Positions 47,837 to 60,300 of a DNA stretch of 64,000 nt are shown piece by piece. Position 1 is the stretch's first letter; the number at the start of each line of letters is the position of its first letter. The notes below the pieces were generated by a model. That model was not told where the DNA came from, did no database searches, and saw only the letters and a list, made by a program, of their open reading frames with translations. The translations under genes and the position numbers were made by a program. The stretch is from Heterodontus francisci. Taxonomy: Eukaryota. The stretch spans positions 13,073,935 to 13,137,934 of the forward strand of contig NC_090373.1 of assembly GCF_036365525.1 (NCBI RefSeq), written 5' to 3'.

Positions 47837-50764
47837 AAACTATGTAGCCAGTTTAATGCCATCAAAACACAATCCAATTTAAAACACATTTCTCTCTATA
47901 AATAAAGTAGCTAAGCATACAAACATCAATGGAGATCAGCACAACAGTATTAGCTAGCTAGCCAGCAAAACAGTATGCAATGCCAAAGCGAATTACTGTT
48001 ATTGACAGAATAGAACTAGCTACACCAGGTCACAGGGTGGTAGGTGGACCTTATCGGATGACCTCTGTGGATTCACACTCTGTCAAGAGTGCAAATTCAT
48101 AAAAGAAACCATGAAACTCAAGGAGAGGATTGTTATTGTGGTTATTGTGGTGAGACAGTAAAAAAATCAACAATAGGAAGACGAACCATTTCTCACATTG
48201 CTATTGTCACAAGACAATTTAACCCATGATGGTCAATGTTTGTGTAACTTCTCCACCTGCTTGTAAATATGTGTCTGAAGACAGGGCAGTCAACAAAAGG
48301 GCAGTGATCTCCAGATCAGGAGAATTTTATGGGATGGAGCAGATAATACTTCAGAAGTCATGTAAAACAGAAAGGCAGAGTGGGACAGGAAGGTACAGAG
48401 AGATTAACAATAGGTAGTCAAGACCAGTTTATTCATCTGGACAGGCTGTTAAATTAGGTCCTGGATTCTAAAATATAGAAACAACAGCATCTCATGGACA
48501 AAATATCATTTACTCACAAAAGCTTGAAACAAAATTAGATGAGTACAATTACAAATAAAAAACACCCTTCAGTTCCCCCAATAATGCAATTCTCTCAAAT
48601 TCACTTATGTCTATATCTCAGTCTATCACTGTCTATTCCGATTCAGCTCTGACAAGATAATTATTAACAAAAATCTTTTCTGCAAAACGTTGAGCAGTTG
48701 TTACTGCATGTATTATTCAGTTATGAAATATTTAGTCACTATCTAGACTATTCTAGACTAACCAATTTGTATCCAAGTCAAATCTTTTTACCTGGTCGCA
48801 AAGGTGCACTTTTAACATAATGTAATTATATGATACACACAACTTTCAACTGACATTGGCCACTCAGGATATCTATCTTCAAACTAGATAGTAAAAGATG
48901 CACATTGTAGTTACTGATCTTTGACATACTTGTAAAACTTTAAATGAATTTTCAGCAAAAACAAATCAGTTACTGTTTCAAACATAGTCATTGAAACATA
49001 ATAAATTTTTACTATGACTTCCCCAACAGTTTTTAAAACTGCAAATGCAGCATGGATTTTGCTCCAGAATTGCACCAAGTTCATCGCAGATTAAGGTTTA
49101 TTAAAGCTATTACATTGTATTTACTAACTATTGTATATGGGTCAGTAGCATGCTTTATCTGCCAATATCACTCAGCCCCATTACACTGTACCCTTGTCTT
49201 CATGTGGAACCTACAGTGCTGACTTCTGGAGATTCCTTGGACTTTCTTGCCTGTTTTCCCCTTAATGCAGGTTCTGGAACAATGTGATTCCAAATGGATA
49301 GCAGCGGAATTGTGACATTTATATAGAAGTAAAAGTCCAGCAACTTTCAACATGTCACTGAGTTGTGTCCCAAGTAAAAGTAACATGTGCCAGTGCATAG
49401 AAATCAAGACATTTCCTAAGTGACCTTTGCCATTTCAAAATTAGTTTACAGAACACAAGCCTTTAAACTTGTGTTTTAAAATAACTTAGCTCTAGGTTAT
49501 TTTAAAATACAAGGTTACAGGCTTGGATCAGAGGTGTCCAGCCTTTTCATGTGGGGGGTACCACATTGCAATTTGTGTCTTACATAGGGGGTGGTGAGCT
49601 AATTTAAAAAAGATAAAGGCCTTAAAATGATCTTACTATTCATCAAAACAGCAACAAATGTGCATTTTTGTGAAGAGGTTTTAAATAAAAAACTAATTTA
49701 TTGAATTACTTTCTATGTTCTTTGTCACTATGCTAGACACTGATTTAGTGAAATACCTGGCTTTTTTTGCATGCACAAGTAGTCAATATCTGCCCATACA
49801 CTTATTGTAGCGATGTGGAGTATTCTGGATAGATGTCCATCTGTCAGGAGTGATCTTGATCGCTCTCTCTCCCTCCTCTCTGTGTGACTGTCTCTCCCTC
49901 CACATGTCCCTCTCTCTGTGTTCCCCCTTGCATTTCCCCCTCTCTGTCTTCCACCCTCTGTGTTGTCCTCCCTCACTGTGTTCCCCCTCTCTGTGTTGTC
50001 CCTTCCTTTCTGTGTCAACCCTCTCTGTGTTGTCCCCCAATCTCTCTGTCCCCCCTCTCTCTCTCACTGTCCCCTCTCTCCCTCTTTCACTGTCCCCCCT
50101 CTTTCGCTGTGCGCCCCCTCTCTCTCTGTATCCCCTCTGTCTCTGCCCCTTCTCTCTCTCTGCCCCCTCTGTTTGTCCTCTCTCTCTGTTCCCCCTTTCT
50201 CTCCCTCTTCCCTCTCCTCTCTCTGCCCCCTCTTTCACTGTTCCCCCTCTCTCTCACTCTGTCTCCGCCCTCTGTTTCCCCCCTTCTCTCATCTGTCCCC
50301 CTGCCCGACCGTTGCTGAGAGTGGGAACAGTAGTTTCTGAATTTTAGGCTGCTTTGTGGTTTTCTGGTGGGCTTTTTAAAAAATTGGAAGCTGCCAAAAA
50401 ACCCTGAATTTGTCTGAAGTTCGGAAACTGCTGTTCTGACTCTTAGCATCTGTCAGCTGAGAAACTGACAGTTGCGATTTTTTTAATGCCACTCTGGTTG
50501 GAAAGAAGAAGCCAATGGGAAATTTCTCATCCCTGAAAATATCAGTCACTGACCTCAAATTCTTTTACCACAGACATGGGTGTCTGTGTATCGACACGTT
50601 GTTGGCCCCTGGTCAATTGTCATTTGCCTTTGTGAATATGCAGAGTCCACAAGTCTAGCCACAGCAGAACCACTCCAGCAAACCTTTGTTTCCAGGTGTT
50701 CAAAATTTCACCTTGAGTTTGCACCTTCAGAGCCCCTGGCTCCCTGTTTACAATCTGAGAATCT

Positions 50765-51443
50765 GGGAGAACGAAACCCATTGCATTGGCGGCGGGCACA
50801 AAAATGGTGGCCTGCACGCTGCAATCCTTCATGTGCAGCTCATTTAAATATTCAGGGTGGGGGCTGCATCAGCTGCCTCTGCAGAGGCGCTGGCATCATT
50901 TTTAAAGGACTACCAAACCTGCCACAAAAAGTGAATCCTGTAACTGCCCCCAAGTAAACAAAATGTTGCCCCTTACCCCCAAAACACTTAAACCGCTGAG
51001 TTGACCTCTCCCCCACCCCACTCAACCCTTCTCCCCACCCTCTAGATCAGAGTTGAGCCCGTTTCCACACCCCCCCCCCCCCCCACCCCCACCCCAAACT
51101 GCACTAAAAATCCTGAGTTCCCCACCTTCCTCACCTGGTGGCACCAGCTTTCCCTGGATGGGAAAGTGAAGGTACATGAGTGCCAGCTGCCACACGTAAG
51201 ATCACGGACAGCTGGTAAGATCGCAGTGAAAGGTATTTTAAATATATTCATTGCCTTTATTTAAATATTTAAAGTTGGGTCCGTCGCTGAGCGGCGGGGA
51301 GGCTGCCACAGAGCCTCACTGCTACCAGGAAGATCGAGCCTGGCAATCCCGGCATCAGCTGTGTGGCGGGTCGCTGCCAGTGCAATCTTCAGGCACCCCC
51401 TGCCATGCAGTCCGGATTTCGGAAGCTGAGCAAAATTCAGCTC
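50765..51443. mobile_element. Harbinger-type MITE
   Basis: Right terminus AAAATTCAGCTC; blocks AAAAATGGTGGCC and GGCGCTGG...ATTTTTAAAGG shared with 55020-55450. Confidence 0.6.
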
Positions 51444-51599
51444 ATTGTTCTTCAGGTGTTACAACCTTGCATTCCGCTTTCTGCTGGGTTTCTTGTTCGC
51501 ATGGTAACCAGGATCTCTGTCTTGTCTTCGGTATAGTTGGTGTCAGGTCACATGCCTCCTCTGAATCTTTCTTAAACTACATTAAAGATCATGATTTTT

Positions 51600-52400
51600 A
51601 AAAACATAATCATACTACAAACGTGCAGAGTTCATAACACAGGCAAACCTTCAAAGTCTGTGGTTTGTTGGACTGAGTACACCTTTCTTCTCTTACTGTC
51701 TTTCTTATCCTTGACCTTTCTTATGGCCAAACACTAAACTCAGCTACCTTGGCATGATCCATGAACTTTGCGTAATCTTTAATCACCATCGCCTGCCTTG
51801 AATGTCTTGGATTAGTTAAGTGTTGGGAATTCTCTTCTAATCTTTAGTTGTAACTGGAGATCTGAATTCCATGGATTGCACTGCAATTTGTATAGTCTGC
51901 ATATACCCATATGTCTGGAATGTCAATGCCTGACTGTTTAATCCAAAAGCCTCATCACTTATCAGCTTCCCTGTTTAATTACTTATGGACCAATTCCAAT
52001 TGTACTTTTTGGTAAGCTGTGGCTCATTCTACACACCCCATAACAAATCTGGACAAATCACATATGGGACATTTCCCAATCAAAGCACGCTCATCACTTT
52101 GTTGTATCGCTTGGTTCCCATGTATTAATTAACCTGTAACAACATCTGGCCACGTATTTCTAGCCTGTAGGTATTGATCTAATGATACGATACATTTGGC
52201 CTTTTGGGAGAGGCATGATGGGCATCTCAGATGATCATCTTACACACAGCATATATAAAGGGACAGGCTTTGATCCGAAGAAACTCAGACTGCTTATGGA
52301 AGTTATCTTTTGACCATGAATACAAGAGAAAAATACTGGATAGAAAGCCTGAACTGTAACACTCTATACCTTAAAGTTTAATTTAATCTGCAATGTAGCA
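51600..52400 (+). mobile_element. Possible highly decayed Penelope-like (GIY-YIG) remnant
   Basis: NTREKYWIESLNCNTLYLK at about 52320-52375 resembles the Penelope C-terminal RExxWIxxLxTLxPxGLN motif; the rest is too decayed to read. Confidence 0.3.
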
Positions 52401-52489
52401 TGTACCAATCCATGAACTGCAAAAATACATAAATATTCATAGAAAACAATTTTTAAGGACTGGGCCCTATTTCCCCACGAACAACTCAT

Positions 52490-52770
52490 CTGAAAGTCCA
52501 AATTAATTGCATCAAAGGGAATTCATTGATCAGGATTATCCTCTTTTAAATCCATGCTGGCTGTTTAAGCTAATAACATTCAAGTACTCATTCATCATAC
52601 CCTTTAGAATGGTTCCCATTTCATCTGTTGTTAACATGAGTAAAATGGGACCGGATTAGATTTAACGCCCACATTAAATGTAGGTTTTGTGTTTGCTGAC
52701 TTCCAATTCTGTGGGATCTTCCCTACATCGATTGATTCTTTCTTGATGGCCAGTGCTCCAAAAATTTCCT
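52490..52770 (-). mobile_element. CR1 RT fragment
   Basis: LAIKKESIDVGKIPQNWKSANTKPTF and a QHGF motif on the minus strand. Confidence 0.6.
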
Positions 52771-53449
52771 CCTTATTCTTCCTGGGAGATTTTCCTGGTT
52801 TGTGCTGGGATGCACTAGAGAACCTGGGCACGGTGCATATCCAAAAATGGGGTGAGTTGCCTTCCTGTATAAAAGAATTCCACTTAGTTTTCCCTCTGTC
52901 CATCTAAGTCGAGAAAAATCAGGTTATCTCCTTTGGTGGGTGGATCCAATCTCCCAGTATTCCAATATTCTCCGAATCTGATGATGGAATGCATTTTGGC
53001 ACTGATTCTGGAAAATCTGATTTTGCGTACTGGTAAAAAGAATGTATGAATTTTAAATCCCTTTAACTGAGTCCAAACTTTTAATGTTTTACTAGTCACT
53101 TAGCTGGAGCCACACTGAGCATGCACAAACATTTACAATAAAAAGCATTGAATTCATGGGAGTTTCGAAAATAAAACTTTCAATTATTGGAAATAAAAGC
53201 TTGATTTGAGTATTTTATGTTGCATTGTGAATTTTATCTCCGATTCATCATCTCACTGGAAAAATGTGTCAGTAATTGACGGATTTAATTCGATTCTTTT
53301 CCTTTAAAATAATCTTGGCCATGAGGTACAGAGTAGCTTTTGCAGATCTCATTCCTTCCTAACCTAATAGCTGTTTTCCCATTTTCACTGAATTCACAAT
53401 TTTAATATTGTATTTGTGCACATTTATCAACAATCATTAAACTTCTTCG

Positions 53450-53965
53450 TAGAATCATGGAGATTTACAGCACTGAAGGAGGTCATTCGGCCCATCATGC
53501 CTATGCTGGCTCTTTGAAAGAGCAGTCGTGCTTAGACATTGCCTTTCGTCTGTTCCCCTCTAAGTTCTTCATCCTCAAGTGCCTGTCCAACTCCCTTTTA
53601 ATATTATTTATGGAATCATCTTCCACCACCTTTTCAGGTGGAGCATTCCAGATCCTGGCGATTCTCCTCTTAGTGAAAAAAAATTCTCATCTCGGCTTGA
53701 GATCTAATGCCAATAACTTTGAACCTATGATCCTCAAGAAACTGACCTGTTCACCAGAGGGAATAGTTTTGCTCTAATCTGCTCTATCAAAACCTGTCAC
53801 CATTTTGAAAACCTCTATTGGGTCACCTCTTAACCTTCTCTGTTCCAAGGAGAACAATCCTGACTTTTCCAACCTCTCCTCAGAACTGAACTCCCTCATC
53901 CCTGGTACCATCCCGCTAAACCTCCTCTGTACCTCATCCGAGGCCTTTACACCCTGAAGTGTAAA
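53450..53965 (-). mobile_element. CR1 3' end
   Basis: EVQRRFSGMVPGMREFSSEERLEKSGLFSLEQRRLRGDPIEVFK plus reverse-complement tail at about 53450-53510. Confidence 0.85.
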
Positions 53966-53989
53966 GGTTGTAGAGCTGTCATTTGATAT

Positions 53990-54745
53990 CATATGCAGGA
54001 CATTAAATTGATAGACCCTAGTGGGCCTGAAAGCGACTGAGGAAGCTTGCTGATATTCATGGGACTTAAAGGGACCCTTCAGATTGTCACGGCACGCATA
54101 ACAAATATTCTGGTGTACATTGCAGCAAATGGAAAGGAACAGACAGGATTTACCTCTTGTGAAGAATTTGTAGGACAAGCTGTAGCTTTATACAGCTTCA
54201 TGGAATATCATGGCGTTCAGGGAAACCCCATTTATATTGGTGTTCAACCTAGTGCTTCTTGCAACCCTCCTGAAGAAGCTATGGAAGCTATGGGAGTATG
54301 TGGCCAGATCATGGGTTTAATCTACAGAGCATACTCCAGCTTCCAAATCTGACAAAGGGAAATGGGAGACTCGTTGGACCTATATCTATTAAAAGGTGAG
54401 TGAGACAAGATTGTGTACTTTCACTCAACCGATTCAATACCCTCATCAATGATATGGCATTCCAAGAGCCAGCTGCAAAGTATCTGATTATTGATTATTG
54501 ATGAATGTGATCCTTTTCACAAGATGACATTGTGGTAACTGTTTAACTCACTCGAGTTCTCTACTTCTTAAACAATGGAATAACCATTGGGCTATCATCA
54601 TGGGTATCCATTGTGTAGTGTTTTGATTTTGCATCTTGCAAGAGTGGATCTTGAAGATATTGACTGGAAAATACAAGAGTATTTCCCCCCACAGTTGACT
54701 CGTAGAGGCTCTGGTGAATGATAACCTCAGCCTGGACAAAGTCCT
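53990..54745 (+). mobile_element. Decayed RT of a non-CR1 LINE (RTE/RTE-X-like, tentative)
   Basis: EQTGF..., MEAMGVCGQIMGLIYRAYS, GPISIKR*VRQDCVLS..FNTLINDM and a DDIVV remnant appear in RT domain order. Confidence 0.6.
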
Positions 54746-54747
54746 CT

Positions 54748-54828
54748 GAAATAAAAACAGAACATGCTGAAAATCAGTGCAAAGAGAAACAGAGTTAAAG
54801 TTTCATTTTGATGACCCTTCATCAGAAA
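54748..54828 (-). mobile_element. Degenerate Penelope-derived mini-element
   Basis: Reverse complement TTCTGATGAAGGGTCATC...GAAACTTTAACTCTGTTTCTC is homologous to 59196-59328. Confidence 0.55.
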
Positions 54829-55019
54829 GTCCTCACAAGTCCATCACAAATTCCTCTGGAACTGTTCTGAAAAAGGGGGAAAGCTGCTTTGATCATTTTT
54901 CTCTTCCTTTTATTATCAGCAAAATCCCAGTGCGGTTTAATCTTGTGATCTCTGAGATGTTTCCCAAGAATACCCCTTTCTGGTTCAAAACTCCTGTGCT
55001 TGTGACAGAAAAGATTCCT

Positions 55020-55450
55020 GGGGTTGGATTTTAACAGCCTGCCGCCACGCTCAAAAAATGGTGGCCCGCATGTTGAAGAACTGCTGCGATCCCCCGCATG
55101 GCGGCTCGCTTAAATAGCCGGGGTGGCCAATCCGACACAATCATGTGGAGGGGCAGGCTGACCATTGCCAGCAATGGTGTCAACTGCCTGTGCGCAGGCG
55201 CTGGTGCCATTTTTAAAGGGCAGCCAGCCTCACCAGCCAAAATTTACAAAATAAAATTGTAATGCCTTTTTCCAACCCCCACAATAAAAATTACTTTAGG
55301 TATTTTCCCTTCCCCCCTCAAAACACTTAACTTTGAATGCTGAACATCCCCCCCAGACTGTACAAAATTGAAAGTTCACCCCTTCCCACCATCCCCTACA
55401 CTGATGATGTGTATTTGACCCCATCCCCCCCAAACTCCACACTGAAAGTA
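55020..55450. mobile_element. Harbinger-type MITE, left half
   Basis: Terminus GGGGTTGGATTTT; homologous to 50765-51130. Confidence 0.6.
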
Positions 55451-55461
55451 GAGAGGTAGCA

Positions 55462-55775
55462 AGGGTGGTGCAGTGGTGCAGTGGTTAGCACCGCAGCCTC
55501 ACAGCTCCAGCGACCTGGGTTCGGTTCTGGGTACTGCCTGTGTGGAATTTGCAAGTTCTCCCTGTGACCGCGTGGGTTTCTGCCAGGTGCTCTGGTTTCC
55601 TCCCACAGCCAAAGACTTGCAAGTTGATAGGTAAATTGGCCATTGTGAACTGCCCCTAGTGTAGGGAGGTGGTAGGGAATATGGGATTAATGTAGGATTA
55701 GTATAAATGGGTGGTTGTTGGTCGGCACAGACTCAGTGGGCCGAAGGGCCTGTTTCAGTGCTGTAGCTCTGAATA
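55462..55775 (+). mobile_element. HE1-type V-SINE
   Basis: Close match to 47460-47809 along head, V domain and tail. Confidence 0.92.
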
Positions 55776-56051
55776 AATTTTTAAAAAGGGCATTGAGAGG
55801 GCACCCTGGCCCCAGGAGGTAAAAAAAGGTACAGATTATGAAAAGTGAAAGAGGGATATGTTGAAACATATGGTAAATGAAGAAGGAGAGAGGCACCTGG
55901 GATGTTAGAAAATTAGCTTAACAGAAAGGTAGCTGGGAAGTTTAAAAACTAGTTTAGTATAAAGGATAGAAAACATGACTGCAAGGTAAGTGCTTATTTA
56001 ATTAAGCTGTAATGTAGTGAATAATAAGGTATTGTGACTAGACCTTGAAAA

Positions 56052-56255
56052 GTACATAAGAATGTAGGAAATAGGAGCTGGAGTAGGTCATTGGCCCTTT
56101 GAGCCTGCTCCACCATTCAACAACATCATGGCTGATCATTTACCTCAACTCCACCTTCCTGCACTATCTCCATATCCCTTAATTCTTTTAATGCCCAAAA
56201 ATCTATTGACCTCTGTCTTGAATATACTCATTGACTGAGCATCCACAGCTCTCTG
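56052..56255 (-). mobile_element. CR1 3' tail fragment
   Basis: AGGAAATAGGAGCTGGAGTAGGTC...AAAAATCTATTGACCTCTGTCTTGAATATACTC, similar to 35935-36110. Confidence 0.8.
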
Positions 56256-56259
56256 CAAT

Positions 56260-58110
56260 TTGATCAGTTTACTGCCCTTCTTCCACCACTGCTGTGATTG
56301 AGAGACCTCATTCTCCTGCTGAGCATGTGACTGGCCACTGGGTATACTGGCTTTTCAGCCTCAGTCTGTTCTTGGCCAGAATATCATCCCTCTGGGCTGA
56401 ACAACAAACTTCTACTGCTTCTGGATTTTACGGTGTCCTCCAACCTAACCATCATCTTTATATTTTGTAACTGACTCTGTACATCTCCTGGATCTTCATT
56501 CCCATGAAAGTACCTCCAACAGTGTGTCCTTCGACACTCTACCCTCTAACAGCTTCTGGACTTCACTCTCCACATCTCTCTCCAAACTCGGACAACAGCT
56601 CATTGGTGTTCCATGCTGATTCCAACCGATCTAAGTCATCTTTATTCTACCACAGGACCTCTGACTTTTAACTTTGGGCTCCTTCCTATTATCTCAATCT
56701 ATTTCCTATTTACTATTATGATCTTATGTAATTAGAGCCCTGGGTCCATTTGCGTGCACAATTTAGCTGCTGCTCCGGATTTGAGCCCATTACTCTATTT
56801 CCACATTTGGTCTCTCTCTTTAACTTCTTTACTCTTTATCCCTCCTAGACCCCTCTCTTCTACTGCCATGCCTTCTTTCCAGTCTCAGGTACTTTGCCCT
56901 CTCAATTCCCTACTGGAACCTTTCACTACCCCTCAACTATCCTGCTCTCTCACTGCTATCCCAGGCTTGACTCCCTCTTAGATAAGCCTACAGCTTCCTT
57001 CTGAGCCTCTCTTGGCATCCTCCGACGGGCTCAGAGGCACTCGGTGGTGGCTCATTATGAGCAGCAACCCCAATTGCCTCATCCCACTCTCTCATCAACC
57101 TTCCCACGTAGTGTGCTGCTGGAGACTAATCTTGCCAATCTTCTTCCAGTCCAACTCACTGCTGCTACTGTTGATCCTCTATAATCTGTCAGTGGGTCAG
57201 CCCTCACTACCCCTCTCCACATCTCCCTCCAGAATGTCCGTTCACTTGTGAAAAAGGCCCTCGCCATTCATGAACTTATTGTGGATGACTGCATCGACAT
57301 CATGGCCTGAACGGAAACCTGGCTGAGGGGTGATGACACCTTTCCTCTTAATGAAGCCACCTTGCCTGGCTAAATCTTCTACCACTTACCCCATCAAGGC
57401 CACCACACTGTTGGTGTGATGATTATCACCAGATCACACCTTGGCCTGACCCCCTATTCCTCTGGCACTTTCTCCCCCCTTCCAGCATCTCACCTTCTTA
57501 CACCCCTCTCACCTCTCTTTCAAAATTCTCAATCTCTACCGCCCTCTCAAGTCCAATCAAAAACTTCTCACCCAGCTATCATCACTGTTTCCCTCCCTCA
57601 GGATCTACTTTGAACAACTTCTCATCTTCAGTGATTTCAACATCCATCTCAACTCATCATGTTCTTTCTCCTCTTTCTCTGCCCTTTTATCCTCCCTAAA
57701 TCTCTCCCTCCATGTAAATTTCCCAACCTATATTCATGGTCACTCCCTCAGTCTTGCCATCTCACGTGATCTTGTTAATCCCATCATATCAATTACAGAT
57801 AAGGCCATCTCTGATCACTGCCTTGTAATCACTCTGCACCCACATCCTCCTTCCACACCCGAACCCTACCTCATTCTGTATCCTCCCCTGGAAGAACTGT
57901 CCCCCATTTAACTCAACTGTGTTTTCAAAATCCCTACTGTCTACTCTCTGGCTCTCGGTCACACGACATTACTGCAGCTCTTGGTTTGCTCAACCACATC
58001 CTCATCTCCAATTTTGATGCCCTGTTCCCCAATAAAACGATCAGTCTGTCACACCCTGGCCACTCCCCCAGCTGGGCCCACATTTCCGTTCCCTTAAGTC
58101 CAAGGGATGC
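56260..58110 (+). mobile_element. L2 5' portion with APE endonuclease remnant
   Basis: LQNVRSLVKKALAIHELIVDDCIDIMA*TETWLRGDD from about 57226; FSDFNIHL and AISDH motifs downstream; the upstream pyrimidine-rich part is tentative. Confidence 0.7.
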
Positions 58111-58379
58111 AGATTTGAAAGGATATGGTGAGATTGATGCACAAGATACCAACATTTATGAAGTACATCGCCAATTTTACAGGAAAATCTGATATGGGAG
58201 AGAATGAGTATGCTGAGCGTAGCACAGATTTTCTCCAAGCCAAGATTGTATACAGCAGGCTGCGCTTGGTTTTGAGTGTAGATTACAGAAGGAAAAGTCG
58301 ACAATAACAAAAGCTTTAATGATTTAGTCAAGCTAAAGCATCAATTGATGTATCTGAACACAGCTCTCAATCTAAAAAG

Positions 58380-59462
58380 ATCCCCAGTGGTCGGTATTAG
58401 GACTACTACTCTTTTTGATATATGTTATTGACCTGGACGGGTATAGGAAGCATAATGTCAAAGTTTACAGATGACCCAAAGCTTTGGAAATGTAGTTGAC
58501 AGTGAGGAAGATAGTAAGAAACTTAGGAGGAAATAGAGAGACAGGTGAAATGGACATGCACATTAATGCAGAGAAGTGTGAAGTGATGCATTTTGCAAAG
58601 AAGAATGAGGAGCAGCAATATAAACTAAATGGTACAATTTTATAGGGGGTGCAGGATCAGAGAGACCTGGGGGTGTATGTTCACAAATCTTTGAATGTGG
58701 AAAGACAATTGGATAAGGCTGTTAAAAACACATGGAATCCCAGCTTTATAAATAGAAGGACCGAGTAAGAAAGCCAGGAAGCTATGCTAAACCATTCTAA
58801 ATCACTGGTTAAGCCTCAGATGGAGTGTTGTGTTCAATTCAGGGCACCACATTTTAGGAAGGGTGTCAAGGCCTTGGACAGGGTGCAGAGGAGATTTACC
58901 AGAGTGGCACCAAGGATGAAGGATGTCAGTTACGTGGGAAGACTAGAGAAGCTGGGAATGTTCTCCATAGAGCAGAGATGATTAAGGGATGATTTAACAT
59001 AGGCGTTCAAAATTATGAAGAGTTTTGATAGAGAAAATTAGAAGAAAGCGTTTCCACTAGCAGGAAGGTCATTAACAAGAGGACACACATATAGGATAAT
59101 TGGCAAAAGAATCCGGGGAGTTTTTTTGTAATGCAGCAAGTTGCTATGATCTGGAATCCATTGCTTGAAAGGGCTGTGGAAGCAGGATCAATAGTTCCGA
59201 AGAAGGGTCACTGACCCGAAACGTTAACTCTGCTTCTCTTTCCACAGATGCTGCCAGACCTGCTGAGTGAATCCAGCATTTCTTGTTTTTGTTTCAGATT
59301 TCCAGCATCCGCAGTATTTTGCTTTTATTCAATAGTAACTTTCAAAGGGGAACTGGATATATACCAGGGGAGTGGGATTAATTGGATTGATATTTCAAAG
59401 AGCCAGCACAGGTACAATGGGCCAAAAGTCCTTCATCTGTGCAGTAAGAATCTATGATTCCA
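58380..59462 (+). mobile_element. CR1 3' fragment
   Basis: KSLVKPQMECCVQFRAPHFRKGVKALDRVQRRFTR; tail at about 59400-59460. Confidence 0.85.
59196..59328 (+). mobile_element. 133 bp Penelope-derived mini-element with hammerhead-like core
   Basis: CCGAAGA-AGGGTC-ACT-GACCC-GAAACGTTA; flanked by the 8 bp direct repeat TCAATAGT (59188-59195 and 59329-59336). Confidence 0.7.
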
Positions 59463-59714
59463 TTGGCATGAGGTAAGGGTTGGACAAAATAGATGGGAAG
59501 ATTGCCCTATTATTTTTACTGGGTTATGTAAATTAGGAGATTTAATTTCTTGGAAGTCCTATGATTAATTCCTACCTCAGGAAATGGAAAGAAGTTGAAT
59601 TACCTTCAAGACTTTGCATGTTTAATGTACTGTTTTATACCTGTTATTTGAGGCATTTATTGATCCATTGCTTGATCATCAGAGATCAGAGGTCTGAGAT
59701 TACATTCACCGTAC

Positions 59715-59820
59715 AAGCTGTGTTGTACAACCAGTGACAACATTTCAAACATACTTCATTGGCTGTAAAGTGCTTTGAGAGGTCCTAAGATCATGAAAGG
59801 TGTTATATAAATTTCTTGTA
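59715..59820 (+). mobile_element. Deu-SINE 3' tail fragment
   Basis: CAGTGACAACATTTCAAACATACTTCATTGGCTGTAAAGTGCTTTGAG matches the tail of 45140-45565. Confidence 0.6.
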
Positions 59821-60300
59821 TTCAGCAATGCATTTGGATGGTTCTGAATTACATGCCCTGAGCGTTTATTTAATACAGCAGGTTATACAGAACAAACCTG
59901 ATAACTGTCTTTTTTTCTCATTTCACACTTTCTTTTCTTCCCTCCTCTCCTTAAGATGCTGCCTCATGTTATATTTTTATATCTTTTTTCAGGTATAGCA
60001 GGCCTCTCCTTTTCTGTCACATTTCCTTTGTATCTGTCATTTGTTTCTGCTCTTTACCCACGATACTTTTTACTAATTTTCATCTCTTTCTCTGTCTCTT
60101 TTTCCTCAGTAATGATATCTGGGTTACTCCTGCATTTCAGGGAGATTATTATAGTGATCACCCTATGACAAAATTACTTTTCCACAACACGTACCTCAGT
60201 TAAAGCCACTCTCTCCAGAAATGCTGGAGCTTTAACACAACAGCAGATGATAATGTCAGTATTCTAGAACTATATTTTTACATTCGGAACATAGGAACAG

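Larger units (their letters stand above)
46656..50611. mobile_element. Longer hAT element related to 39337-40454, possibly with a heavily decayed minus-strand transposase (about 48000-49400)
   Basis: Left end CAGCGATAGGCACAAACATGTTG, right end ACGTTGTTGGCCCCTG, TSD GTCAATAG/GTCAATTG (7/8); shared blocks with the short copy; transposase similarity only weak (IWNHIV..KTGKKVQ, ILSELNR, PDLEITALLLT). Confidence 0.7.
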
